From Candidatus Poribacteria bacterium (GTDB taxonomy: Bacteria > Poribacteria > WGA-4E > WGA-3G): a stretch of 64,000 nt of DNA. A program made the position numbers and the translations under genes. Below, in pieces: positions 1 to 8,803 of this stretch (positions are counted from its first letter, which is position 1; each line of letters begins with the position of its first letter). Location: contig JAAXHO010000197.1 in NCBI GenBank assembly GCA_012270795.1, forward strand, positions 41,813 to 105,812, given 5' to 3'. The notes below the pieces were generated by a model. It was not told the origin of the DNA and made no database searches. It worked only from the letters and a program-made list of their open reading frames with translations.

Positions 1-215
1 AAAGAAGTTATTGCCTTTTCGTGCTCTCCTAACTGATGATAGATTTTTCCTAACTTTACATGTCCTGCTGGATCAATTGGATTGAGGGCTTGACCCATTT
101 CAAGTTTCATAGTCTCTCGTTTGAGTTCTCTTTGTTGCTGTTGTGCTTCATCAGGAGTGGAACAGCCGTATAGAAAACAAGATAAGAGGAGCAGCAAGAT
201 GATACGTTGTCTCAA
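1..215 (-). CDS. Partial CDS, 5' end only, running off the window start: putative lipoprotein with a TPR-like motif
   Basis: The minus-strand frame stays open from about nt 215 to nt 1. The translation LRQRIILLLLLSCFLYGCSTPDEAQQ... has a signal peptide plus a lipobox (LYGC), then a TPR-like LGKIYHQLGEHEKAI. The start codon is uncertain; TTG at 215 is possible. Confidence 0.35.
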   Translation of the reverse strand, partial: MRQRIILLLLLSCFLYGCSTPDEAQQQQRELKRETMKLEMGQALNPIDPAGHVKLGKIYHQLGEHEKAITS

Positions 216-260
216 CTTGTAAACTTCTAAACTATTTTCTAAACTATTTGGGGAGTACTG

Positions 261-1100
261 ATGATTATTGACACACATACGCATTTTTATGACCCGACGC
301 GCCCAAAAGGTGTGCCGTGGCCGAACCCTAATGATGAACTGCTTTACCGAAAAGTAATGCCAGACGACTACAAAAAACTTGCTGTACCTGAAGGTGTAAC
401 AGGAACCGTAGTCGTCGAAGCAAGCAAATGGGTTGAAGATAACCAGTGGATTCTTGACCTCGCTGCAAATGAACCCTTTATTGTCGGATTCGTCGGTAAC
501 TTAGCACCTAACGATGAAGATTTTGAAAAAAACCTAAAGCGGTTTTCTGCCAATCCGCTTTTCCGCGGCATACGTCTCGGTAGTGGCCACCTTCAGCAAA
601 TCGGAAATGTTAATTTCATCAAAAACATTGAGAAGTTAGCAGCAAAGGAACTAACCTTAGACCTACTCATCAATCCGGAAGCACTGAAACACGTGCCTGC
701 TCTGGTTGAACACACACCGACAATACGTGTTGTGATAAACCACGTCGCTGGCGTTCGCGTTGACGGTAAACCACCCGACGAGACGTGGGTTTCACGGATA
801 CAAGAAGCTGCACGTTATCCGAATGTCTATTGCAAGGTATCGGGTTTAGCAGAACACACGGGACAAAAACCCGCACCTGAAGACGTTGCATACTACACAC
901 CAACAATAGATGTTTTATGGAAGGCGTTTGGTGAAGATAGACTCATCTACGGAAGCAACTGGCCCGTATCGGAACGTTTCGCTCAATATAAGGTCGTGCA
1001 AAAGATTGTGAACGACTATTTCAGTGCAAAAGGCGATGATGCTAAGGCAAAGTTCTTCTCAAAAAACGCAACAGCAGCGTATCAGTTAAATGTAGCATAA
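261..1100 (+). CDS. Amidohydrolase-2 family metal-dependent hydrolase (TIM barrel; lactonase/decarboxylase-like)
   Basis: 279-aa ORF. The N-terminal IIDTHTHFYDP metal-binding motif and the overall pattern are typical of the PF04909 amidohydrolase-2 family. GGGGAG RBS sits upstream of the ATG. Confidence 0.75.
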   Translation: MIIDTHTHFYDPTRPKGVPWPNPNDELLYRKVMPDDYKKLAVPEGVTGTVVVEASKWVEDNQWILDLAANEPFIVGFVGNLAPNDEDFEKNLKRFSANPLFRGIRLGSGHLQQIGNVNFIKNIEKLAAKELTLDLLINPEALKHVPALVEHTPTIRVVINHVAGVRVDGKPPDETWVSRIQEAARYPNVYCKVSGLAEHTGQKPAPEDVAYYTPTIDVLWKAFGEDRLIYGSNWPVSERFAQYKVVQKIVNDYFSAKGDDAKAKFFSKNATAAYQLNVA

Positions 1101-1125
1101 ACTTTCCAGTTTGTGCATCTTCGGT

Positions 1126-1695
1126 TTAAGCCACCCATCGCATAAACTCACCTGCAGGTTTCCGTTTCGGTTCCTTAACTTCTGCGGGATAACCCGTATA
1201 GAAAAAACCGATGATGTATTCTTGCGATGAATCTATACCCAGCAACTTATAGGTCGGTTCTTCCATCGTGATTCTGCCAGTGCTCCACTGCATACCGATG
1301 CCTGCATCCCATGCCGCGAGTTGGACGTTCTGCATCGCACAACAGGTGGCTGCGTAATCTTCACGTTGCCGTTGTTCGTCACCATCTTGAATACAGGACA
1401 CAGCGATAATCGTTGGCTTAGACATAAACTTTTCATAAGCCAATTCACCGATTTTAGCAAGATTTCCTGCATCAACGTGGTCGGGTGTGTCCTCCATCTT
1501 GATTTCTCGGTATCGTTGTGCAAGAATCAGTTTTGTCTTTTCACCGATCACAGTAAACCGCCACGGTTCTGTTACATGATGGTTCGGTGCCCATATCCCG
1601 TAACTGAACACCTGTTCAATTACATCGTTCGGCACCGGTTCCTGTTTGAATTTGAAAACAGATCGTCTTGAAAGTATTGCGTCTTTTACGTCCAT
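1126..1695 (-). CDS. Nitroreductase family protein
   Basis: 189-aa ORF with the nitroreductase N-terminal signature (DAILSRRSVFKF...) and AAGGAGG RBS 7 nt upstream of the ATG. Its first ~70 nt plus upstream region are duplicated at 2854-2955. Confidence 0.8.
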   Translation of the reverse strand: MDVKDAILSRRSVFKFKQEPVPNDVIEQVFSYGIWAPNHHVTEPWRFTVIGEKTKLILAQRYREIKMEDTPDHVDAGNLAKIGELAYEKFMSKPTIIAVSCIQDGDEQRQREDYAATCCAMQNVQLAAWDAGIGMQWSTGRITMEEPTYKLLGIDSSQEYIIGFFYTGYPAEVKEPKRKPAGEFMRWVA

Positions 1696-1744
1696 AAAAT
1701 TCCTCCTTTTGAATTATAATTTATTAGGGCATTGGTTGCAAGGT

Positions 1745-1820
1745 ATTCAATCGCTCCAGCGGAGCAAGATGTTTATAGAAAAATGTCGTGGGCACTCTTC
1801 CGCTCCAGCGGAGCGAGATG
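1745..1820. repeat. REP doublet (two CGCTCCAGCGGAGCG hairpins ~35 nt apart), forward orientation
   Basis: cgctccagcggagc at ~1752 and ~1801. The same ~75-bp unit recurs at 2599-2664. Confidence 0.8.
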
Positions 1821-1856
1821 TTGATTGCTACTTGCTGCCTTCATAATAGCCGAACA

Positions 1857-2336
1857 TTATGTTTCTGAAACATTCTCATCAACACTCTCAAAAACGTATT
1901 TCTCATCGTAAGCAATATCAAAACGTTTCAATAACTCAAGATACTCCTCTCTAAATGTTCTATGAGAATGATGTTTTTCTTGGTTTCGGATGTATCTTGC
2001 AACATCTCCCAACTGAGAATGTGAATAGGTAAATGCACTAAATCCTTCTTGCCATTTAAACTGACCTACTACCCAACGTTTCTTGCTGATAAATTTTGTT
2101 GAACCCACCTTAATATCTCTTACTAAATCAGAAAGATTACAATCTGGTGTCATACCTATAAGGATATGAATGTGGTCGGACATAGAATTGATTTGTATGA
2201 TCTTCTGCTTTCTATTGGTAACAATGCCGGTAATATATTGGTGAAGTTCCTCTTTATGATGTTTTGGAATGAGGGACTGTCTACCCCTAACAGCGAATAC
2301 AATATGGATGTAGAGTTGGGTATATGTATTTGCCAT
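1857..2336 (-). CDS. REP-associated tyrosine transposase (RAYT), IS200/IS605 TnpA (Y1/HUH) family
   Basis: 159-aa ORF with HUH-type motifs (DHIHILI ... tyrosine region ARYIRNQEKHH). It is flanked by the REP palindromes that RAYTs typically accompany. Confidence 0.85.
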   Translation of the reverse strand: MANTYTQLYIHIVFAVRGRQSLIPKHHKEELHQYITGIVTNRKQKIIQINSMSDHIHILIGMTPDCNLSDLVRDIKVGSTKFISKKRWVVGQFKWQEGFSAFTYSHSQLGDVARYIRNQEKHHSHRTFREEYLELLKRFDIAYDEKYVFESVDENVSET

Positions 2337-2404
2337 AAGATTTCTCTTTCTTTAAAGTGCTAAAATCTCTTACATTTGAAGATCTTAATATCAACGTAGG
2401 TGTA

Positions 2405-2485
2405 AATTCACATACCGCTCCGCTGGAGCGGATGTCAACATCTTACCGTGTACTATAAACATACCGCTCCGCTGGAGCGGGGAAA
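2405..2485. repeat. REP doublet, inverted orientation
   Basis: ccgctccgctggagcgg at ~2415 and ~2464. The ~85-bp unit is repeated almost identically at 2765-2845. Confidence 0.8.
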
Positions 2486-2589
2486 CAGATGAATGTTTTC
2501 CTAATCTTCACTAAGTGCTTGATCTAAATTGAAGATTTTTCAATCACATCATATTGTTATTGAAAATCAATTCCCTTATAGTCAGTGTA

Positions 2590-2670
2590 TTCAATCTTTC
2601 GCTCCAGCGGAGCGAAATGTTTATAGAAAAATGTCGTGGGCACTCTTCCGCTCCAGCGGAGCGGTATGTG
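2590..2670. repeat. REP doublet, forward orientation (second copy of the 1745-1820 unit)
   Basis: tcgctccagcggagcgaaatgtttatagaaaaatgtcgtgggcactcttccgctccagcggagcgg. Confidence 0.8.
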
Positions 2671-2730
2671 CAAGAATTCTGAACGTGCTGTGCGGAGACA
2701 TCATATTGTTAGATAGCAACTTGCACCACA

Positions 2731-2985
2731 TTAGAAAATTGCAGATACCAACTTATGTGTGCAATTCACATACCGCTCCGCTGGAGCGGATGTCAACATC
2801 ATACCATGTGCTATAAACATACCGCTCCGCTGGAGCGGGAAAACAGATACATCCTTCGACACCGGTTCCTGTTTGAATTTGAAAACAGACCGTCTTGAAA
2901 GTATTGCGTCTTTTACGTCCATAAAATTCCTCCTTTTTGGATTATAATCTATTGAGTAGTTGGTTGTCGAATATCGTGTTTTCAC
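2731..2985 (-). pseudogene. Duplicated 5' fragment of the nitroreductase gene, fused to REP-derived sequence
   Basis: The ORF translation contains MDVKDAILSRRSVFKFKQEPV, identical to the N-terminus of the 1126-1695 nitroreductase, followed by unrelated read-through. The DNA at 2854-2955 duplicates 1627-1727. Confidence 0.6.
2765..2845. repeat. REP doublet, inverted orientation (second copy of the 2405-2485 unit)
   Basis: cataccgctccgctggagcggatgtcaacatc...ataccgctccgctggagcggg. Confidence 0.8.
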
Positions 2986-2991
2986 TATCCC

Positions 2992-3904
2992 TCAATTACA
3001 AGATTTAGACAAAAACTTATTAGGCATTTGCGAATCCTTTAAAATCACACCAGAGTTCTTTTGCGAAGCTGTTCTACACAAAACATGCCTCCTTAGACTC
3101 TTCTCTAATGCCGTTTTGTAAGGATTGGATAAATTCAATGCTATCTCTCTCGGTCTTCCAGAGAGAATTTCTTCACGCGTGAATTGTAAACGATTAGAGT
3201 ACGCAAGTTGTAAAAATAGCAATCCAAGATGATAAATGTCGGATCGATGATCAATTGGACCAAACTCATTAGGATCTAAAACTTCAGGTGGCAATAACCA
3301 CTGCGGTCTAGTGTTCGTAGCATCTACATCAGGAAGCAATTTTGAAACACCGAGGTCTCCCAATTTAAATTGAATGACATGAGCTTTTTGTGGAACCATT
3401 TCATCTTTTATAAAAGTGGAAAAAACATTTCCCTCATGAATGTCCTGATGCACGTAATTATTCAAATGGAGATAATGGACTGCTTGCAGAAGTTGTCTAG
3501 CTATCGGCATAAACCAACCCATACCATGAAAATCTGGTAAATCGAAAAGTACTGATATTGGCGCAGAACATCTTTCTGTTACAATGTAACAAGGTATATC
3601 GATATTCAAATGCATCATACACAAATGTAATATTAGGGTGTCTTAATTCCATCAGTCTATGAAATTCACCCTCTGCATTTTCCTTCAATTTATCGTAAGG
3701 ATAGACCGGTTTTAAAACTTTTACAGCAAGATCATTACCCCAATCATCTGAACAATTGTACACAACGCCAAAGTTTCCTTCATCTATCCGGGGACCAATT
3801 GTGTAAGTGTTACCTCCTGTAGCTAAACTTGTAATAGCCTCACCTGGAACAGGTTGTATACCACGTATCGTTGGTAAATTAACAATCTGATTGATGTTGT
3901 TCAT
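2992..3904 (-). pseudogene. Eukaryotic-type protein kinase-like gene, split by a frameshift near 3610-3625; the catalytic-loop motif is non-canonical
   Basis: The upstream ORF (3497-3904) has a Gly-rich loop (GNFGVVY), the LAVKVLK lysine motif, and HPNITFVYDAFEY. The downstream ORF (2992-3624) continues with IPCYIVTERCSAPISVLFD, HQDIHEGN (in place of HRDLKxxN), and DLGVSK (in place of DFG). The junction is explained by one extra base (gaatat[c]gatatacc). Confidence 0.55.
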
Positions 3905-3936
3905 AGGTTTCTAGGTTTTGCAATGTTTAATCTGTA

Positions 3937-4866
3937 CTACTTTGAACGAACTACAGCAATACTCCCATATCCGAATACTCCATTGATAACGTCTTGAACA
4001 CCTATACCGTGTAAGTTAGCACTCTGGATCTTATTTGACCGAGTGTCTATCCAGTACATCTTATCACTTTCCATATCCAGAGCAATATCATTTGGGTTAT
4101 TCAATCCATCGACTAGGTCTTGAACATTTGTACCGTCCAAATTCGCGCAACGGATTCTACCACTATCAAAGTTATATTCTGTCCAATAGATTTTACCATT
4201 TATCAGATCTAATGCTATACCATATGGGTAATCTCCAGTGGTGATAACATCTTGAATTTCTGTGCCATCCAAGTTGGCACGACGAATTTTTGCTGTATGT
4301 GGAGTTCCTTCTATCCATATCTCACCGAAACGTCTTCCTTTTGTTTCTGAGGTGCCCTCTGTCCAGTACATTTTACCTTCTTGCATATTCAAAGCAATAC
4401 TTCGTGGGGAGTTTAATCCGCTGATAAGGTCTTGAACATCTGTGCCATCCAAGTTGGCACAACAGATTTTATGTTTAAACAGTCCTCGCAGTCCTGGCGT
4501 CGTCCCTTGTATCCAGTACACTTTACTTGCTATTACATCTAAGGCAATATAGCGAGGGTAGTATAATCCGGTGATAACATTCCGGGCGTTTGGACCGTCT
4601 AAGTTAGCTCTTTGAATTTTACCAGTTACCGTCCAATAGATTTTATCGCGTTGCGTATCTAAGGCAATATCATACGGCCCATTCAATCCCATGTTTACGA
4701 TGGATTGAATGTTTAAATTTCGCAAGTTTGTGAGTTGAGCAGTATCTATTCTGCGAGGGGCCGTCCAATAGATGGTAGGCTGCGAGCCAACTTCGGACAC
4801 AACCTCAGAGGGACTCCATACGACAACTAATAAAAATAAAAACATGAAGGTTCTTCGTTTTTTCAT
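3937..4866 (-). CDS. Secreted YWTD (LDL-receptor class B) six-bladed beta-propeller protein
   Basis: N-terminal signal peptide. Six repeats of the type DKIYWTD/GKMYWTE/DKMYWID, spaced ~45 aa apart. Confidence 0.75.
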   Translation of the reverse strand: MKKRRTFMFLFLLVVVWSPSEVVSEVGSQPTIYWTAPRRIDTAQLTNLRNLNIQSIVNMGLNGPYDIALDTQRDKIYWTVTGKIQRANLDGPNARNVITGLYYPRYIALDVIASKVYWIQGTTPGLRGLFKHKICCANLDGTDVQDLISGLNSPRSIALNMQEGKMYWTEGTSETKGRRFGEIWIEGTPHTAKIRRANLDGTEIQDVITTGDYPYGIALDLINGKIYWTEYNFDSGRIRCANLDGTNVQDLVDGLNNPNDIALDMESDKMYWIDTRSNKIQSANLHGIGVQDVINGVFGYGSIAVVRSK

Positions 4867-5015
4867 AAATGAAAATTCCTTTAATTGAATCGTAGATGAT
4901 TAACTCTGAAAACAGAAATTCGCTGAGGGAACCAGTTATTTTGCATAAATTCTGTCATATTATAGTGTTGGGTCAGCAAGCCACCACAACAAAACGTGGG
5001 TATCCAATAACAGAT

Positions 5016-5195
5016 TCATTCGTTTTTCCCACGAAAAGCAGCCATAAACGATTCAGGCAATTCATCAAAATCTTCTGCAATCTTCACTTTACCTTTCCAC
5101 TGTCCACCACGGCGAGGTTTCTTGTCACCATTCTTTAAAGGTGTGGGCTTGGCAATAGGCATGCCCTTGCTATCAAATTTAATCTTTTTTTCCAT
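5016..5195 (-). CDS. Small DUF2281-like protein (antitoxin-like C-terminal motif)
   Basis: 59-aa internal-start ORF. Its C-terminal WKGKVKIAEDFDELPESF resembles the DUF2281 signature. It lies 50 nt downstream of the prepilin peptidase, and no partner toxin gene is evident. Confidence 0.4.
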   Translation of the reverse strand: MEKKIKFDSKGMPIAKPTPLKNGDKKPRRGGQWKGKVKIAEDFDELPESFMAAFRGKNE

Positions 5196-5247
5196 GACTT
5201 TCGTTTTTATAGAATTGTACAACATAAACATCAGAAATACAACACAT

Positions 5248-6054
5248 TTACCAACCAGCCAACTGCAAGTATTTCTCCCAGAGCGGGTCACCCCACAACA
5301 ACACAACCACTGCAGCACCAGCAAGAAAAGGTCCGTAAGGTATCGGACTTTGACGGTTTTTCCTACCCGTTGCGATAAGCAGCGTTCCGATAACAGCACC
5401 ACTGAAGGCAGATAACGCTATCACCATAGGCAGCGCGGGAAACGCACCGAGAAACAATCCGATGATCGCCATCAGTTTGACATCACCCATTCCCATTGCT
5501 TTTTTCCGCATAATCGCACTACCAATAGTCGCAATCAACCATAACCCCAATCCACCTGCTAAAAAACCGATGAGTCGCATCTTTAGATAATCTATACCTT
5601 TCTCCTGTTCGAGATAGGCGATTGCACATGTTATGCCCAACCCAAGTGCCAAACCAGTAAGACTGATAGAATTTGGAATAATAAGGTGTTGTGCGTCAAT
5701 AACAAAAATCGGTATCAGGACAGATACAAAGATGAGTGCATGCAGATATTCAAGTGTCCTTCCAAACTGCCAATACATCACGATGAACAGCAATGCTGTA
5801 ACCAATTCAACTATTGGATAGATGATAGATATTTTCGCATTGCAATACCGACACTTTCCACATAAGAGTAGAAAGCTCAAAAGTGGGATATTGTCATAAA
5901 ACTTTATAGATTGATGACATTCGGGGCAAAAGGAGCGGCGCGGGGAATAAATAGATAAATCTGAACGGGGGATGCGGTAGATACAGACATTGAGGAAGCT
6001 GCCGATTGCTAAACCTAACAGGAAAATGAGTACTTGTATCCAAATTTCGTCCAC
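5248..6054 (-). CDS. Prepilin leader peptidase (A24 family, PilD/GspO-like)
   Basis: The N-terminal Cys-rich Zn-binding region (CPECHQSIKFYDNIPLLSFLLLCGKCRYC) and a multi-TM body are characteristic of type IV prepilin peptidases. Confidence 0.85.
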   Translation of the reverse strand: MDEIWIQVLIFLLGLAIGSFLNVCIYRIPRSDLSIYSPRRSFCPECHQSIKFYDNIPLLSFLLLCGKCRYCNAKISIIYPIVELVTALLFIVMYWQFGRTLEYLHALIFVSVLIPIFVIDAQHLIIPNSISLTGLALGLGITCAIAYLEQEKGIDYLKMRLIGFLAGGLGLWLIATIGSAIMRKKAMGMGDVKLMAIIGLFLGAFPALPMVIALSAFSGAVIGTLLIATGRKNRQSPIPYGPFLAGAAVVVLLWGDPLWEKYLQLAGW

Positions 6055-6057
6055 AGA

Positions 6058-6465
6058 CTACCACCAATACTGTTCACTTTGCGTTGCATCTACATGGTAG
6101 ACTTTGCTAATTTCAGCGATTCCACCCAAAAGGTATTTTGCGGGTACGCGGGGATTATTCTTGGCAATTGCGACCTTATAGTTTTCTTGCATCAGAATAT
6201 AGTTTCCTCCCCAAGGCGTTTTTGGCACAGATTCCAGATAGGGACCACGCCACCCATCAACGCCAGGATCGTTGACAAGTTGATCAAAACTGGTGGGATA
6301 CGTTTGGGTGTTTCTGTGGTATTTCTTAATTGCTGTTGCTAAGATTTCAACGTCAACGTCTGCTTGGTTAACCTTACGATATTCAGACCAAGGCGGATAA
6401 GACAACACACCAATAGCGACCACCAGCACAACCAAAATGATAAGTTTAATTAATGTTTTTCCCAT
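6058..6465 (-). CDS. GspG-domain (T2SS pseudopilin-like) protein with a non-canonical N-terminus
   Basis: The C-terminal region DQLVNDPGVDGWRGPYL...PWGGNYILMQ matches the T2SS_G/GspG domain pattern (DPWGNPY). The N-terminus MGKTLIKLIILVV is hydrophobic but lacks the canonical G-F-T-L-I-E pattern. The start is chosen at an internal Met. Confidence 0.5.
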   Translation of the reverse strand: MGKTLIKLIILVVLVVAIGVLSYPPWSEYRKVNQADVDVEILATAIKKYHRNTQTYPTSFDQLVNDPGVDGWRGPYLESVPKTPWGGNYILMQENYKVAIAKNNPRVPAKYLLGGIAEISKVYHVDATQSEQYWW

Positions 6466-6546
6466 GTTGAAATTCAAATCAATATAATGTTTTAGGTTGG
6501 GTTGAGGGGACAAAACTCATAAATCAACGGCATCCAATACCCGACC

Positions 6547-7014
6547 TCACGGCGGAGTCAACCCTAAAAACTGGTACGGATCAAGACCTGCTTCCTTCAT
6601 TTCAACGATCTTTATATCTCTCGGAACATCAAACATAAACAATTCTCTATCTACCCCGCGTTCAAATCTTGCTTTTTTCTTAGTTCTGACTCGCATACAA
6701 TCATCCGGATGCCCCAACATACCAGATATCCGTATTCTACCGAACACATAGAATACCCGTTCAATAATTTCCGGTTCGTCATCCCATTCAATATAAATCA
6801 TACCTTTGATGATCGGATACATCTTGCCATCATCGCCTCCCCACGTCCAACCTTTGACTTCATACCCTTTTTTGAATAGTTCAATCTCAAGGCGTAGTAG
6901 GAGTTCTCTGTCTAACTTGAGCGGCCACACTTCAACTGCCCGGAAACCTTCCGGGATTTCAGGATAGGGACCGAAACCGTGTGGCGAAACAGGCACATTT
7001 GCATCCTTTTTCAC
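6547..7014 (-). CDS. Hypothetical protein, member of an uncharacterised 'GFGPYPEIPE' family (paralog at 38470-39237)
   Basis: It shares SPHGFGPYPEIPEGF, YPIIKGMIYIEWDD and GLDPYQFLGL blocks with the 38470-39237 product. The GTG start overlaps (GTGA) the stop of an upstream 43-aa TM peptide ORF (7012-7143). Confidence 0.6.
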   Translation of the reverse strand: MKKDANVPVSPHGFGPYPEIPEGFRAVEVWPLKLDRELLLRLEIELFKKGYEVKGWTWGGDDGKMYPIIKGMIYIEWDDEPEIIERVFYVFGRIRISGMLGHPDDCMRVRTKKKARFERGVDRELFMFDVPRDIKIVEMKEAGLDPYQFLGLTPP

Positions 7015-7267
7015 GGTAACTTTTTGCGGTGTGTGATTTTAAGGATAGGATTGCTGACATCGCGGAAACCACAACCGATACAAAACGCCAACATCCACCC
7101 TATTCCGAAATATACCCATTTATGTGTTTTGATAAACATACAACACTCCTGCTTTTGTTTAGTGCATTTTTTACCAATAGTTGTGTGTAATAAATGCTTA
7201 TACCAATTCTAAAAATATTGTCTTATTAAGGAATTCCATTGTTTTGCTGGTTGGGGTGCATCTCTTC

Positions 7268-7311
7268 GGTAGGAGCGACCTCCTGGTCGCGACCGGGAGG
7301 TCGCTCCTACC
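7268..7311. repeat. Palindromic repeat, 'GTAGGAGCGACC...GGTCGCTCCTAC' family
   Basis: ggtaggagcgacctcctggtcgcgaccgggaggtcgctcctacc. Related copies lie at 22463-22508 and 22806-22848, and a half-site at ~40198. Confidence 0.75.
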
Positions 7312-7369
7312 AGATCTCCGCAGCCAATAAGAAATTATATCTTAGAAATGGTATTATTTCATAAAGGTA

Positions 7370-8746
7370 TTATGCATCTGGACGAGAAATATCATATTTG
7401 TTCATTTTTTTATAGAGGTTGCTTCTCTCAACTTCCAACACTTCTGCAGTTCTTCGGATATTCCAATCATTCTCTTTCAAAGCAGCAAGAATACACTCCG
7501 CTTCAGCAGAATCAACCATAGTGCTCAACGGTGTGTTAGACTGATATGTGGGTGCAGCATCCGCTATTTGTGCTGCATCTTTGTCAAGTGGTAAAACTTC
7601 AGCAACGTCGGTTGGTAAGATGATCTCTCTATTTACCATAATCAGCAGGCGTTCAACAATGTTTTTTAGTTCTCGGATGTTGCCAGGCCATTGGTAAGAT
7701 TGGAAAGTGGGGTATGCTTCTGAGGCAAAAGTTTTCGGTGCAGAAGCCATATTCATTTGCAGCTGCTCTGCAAAGCATTTTACCAATATTGGGATATCCT
7801 CTATACGTTCACGCAGAGGTGGCACGTCAATAGGTACAATTTTGAGGCGATAATATAGGTCGTTTCGGAACTGTCCCCGCTCAATTTCTGCTGGTAGGTT
7901 TTTATTTGTTGCTGCGATTATGCGGACATCAACATTGCGTATCTGCTGACTTCCGAGTCTCTCTACCTCGCCATATTCCAGCACGCGCAAAACTTTTGCC
8001 TGTGCCTTTAGGCTCATATCCCCAATTTCATCAAGGAAGAGCGTGCCACCGTCTGCCAGTTCAAACCGTCCCTGCCGCATAGAATCTGCCCCTGTAAATG
8101 CGCCGCGTTCATGTCCAAAAAGTTCGCTTTCGACGAGTTCTTCAGGTAATGCTGCACAGTTCAACGGGATAAAGGGTTTATCTGCCCGTTTGCTATACTG
8201 ATGAATTGCATTTGCTACCAGTTGCTTTCCAGTGCCGTTCTCACCAGAAATCAACACACCGAGATTGCTTGTTGCGACCTGACGGATTTCTGCTCGGAGT
8301 TTGTTCACAACGGGGCTCTTACCGATCATTTCATCTTCAATGCCAATTTGTGATTTCAGGATCTCATTTTCTTTGGCTAACCGCGAGAGTTCCAAAAACG
8401 GTTCTATATTGGATAGGATTTTGTCCATACTCACCGGTTTCGTTACATATCGCTTCGCGCCGAGTTCCATCGTTTTTGCGGCGATTTCGATATCCTGTTG
8501 TGCGGACATCATCACCACATGCAGCATGGGATGTCGTACCAGCATTTTCTGCAACGTCTCAACCCCATCCATACCATTCTCCATCATAATATCCAACAGC
8601 ACGAGGTCAATGTCACGAGATGCACAAAGTTGCAACGCCTTTTCTCCACTCGCTGCAGTCAAGGTTTCATAACCTTTGAGACTTAATCCTTGGGAAAGCA
8701 TTTTTAGTATATTTTTTTCGTCATCTACAATGAGGATCGTATTCAT
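7370..8746 (-). CDS. Sigma-54-dependent response regulator (NtrC family: receiver + AAA+ + Fis-type HTH)
   Basis: Receiver-domain start MNTILIVDDE, Walker A GENGTGKQLVA, GAFTGA motif (ERGAFTGA), and a C-terminal HTH. Confidence 0.9.
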   Translation of the reverse strand: MNTILIVDDEKNILKMLSQGLSLKGYETLTAASGEKALQLCASRDIDLVLLDIMMENGMDGVETLQKMLVRHPMLHVVMMSAQQDIEIAAKTMELGAKRYVTKPVSMDKILSNIEPFLELSRLAKENEILKSQIGIEDEMIGKSPVVNKLRAEIRQVATSNLGVLISGENGTGKQLVANAIHQYSKRADKPFIPLNCAALPEELVESELFGHERGAFTGADSMRQGRFELADGGTLFLDEIGDMSLKAQAKVLRVLEYGEVERLGSQQIRNVDVRIIAATNKNLPAEIERGQFRNDLYYRLKIVPIDVPPLRERIEDIPILVKCFAEQLQMNMASAPKTFASEAYPTFQSYQWPGNIRELKNIVERLLIMVNREIILPTDVAEVLPLDKDAAQIADAAPTYQSNTPLSTMVDSAEAECILAALKENDWNIRRTAEVLEVERSNLYKKMNKYDISRPDA

Positions 8747-8803
8747 ATTTTTTGCCTCTATATTGGAAAAGTCATTTTTTATTTACTCACGCCGCTCAAG
8801 TTT

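Larger units (their letters stand above)
1700..2960. mobile_element. REP/RAYT cassette ('REPtron'): RAYT gene flanked by four REP doublets and bounded by a ~100-bp direct duplication of host sequence
   Basis: The direct repeats ~1627-1727 and ~2854-2955 are near-identical and cover the nitroreductase 5' end and RBS. Between them lie the RAYT ORF and 8 copies of the CGCTCCAGCGGAGCG hairpin, arranged as 4 doublets in alternating orientation. Confidence 0.7.

Noticed and set aside
1745-2845. A regularly spaced array of a short palindromic repeat, which could be mistaken for a CRISPR array
   Set aside because: The repeats occur as doublets in alternating orientation and flank a RAYT transposase gene. 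The 'spacers' are two alternating conserved sequences, not unique. This is REP/BIME-like organisation and not CRISPR. There are no cas genes in the window.
8206-8686. Plus-strand ORFs of 62-127 codons inside the NtrC-type regulator gene. Similar antisense ORFs lie within the TonB receptor, MnmE, YidC and WD40 genes, for example 27056-27763 and 52197-53033.
   Set aside because: They lie wholly antisense to strongly supported genes. They have no RBS or domain signal and show the codon bias of the opposite strand. They are treated as non-coding.
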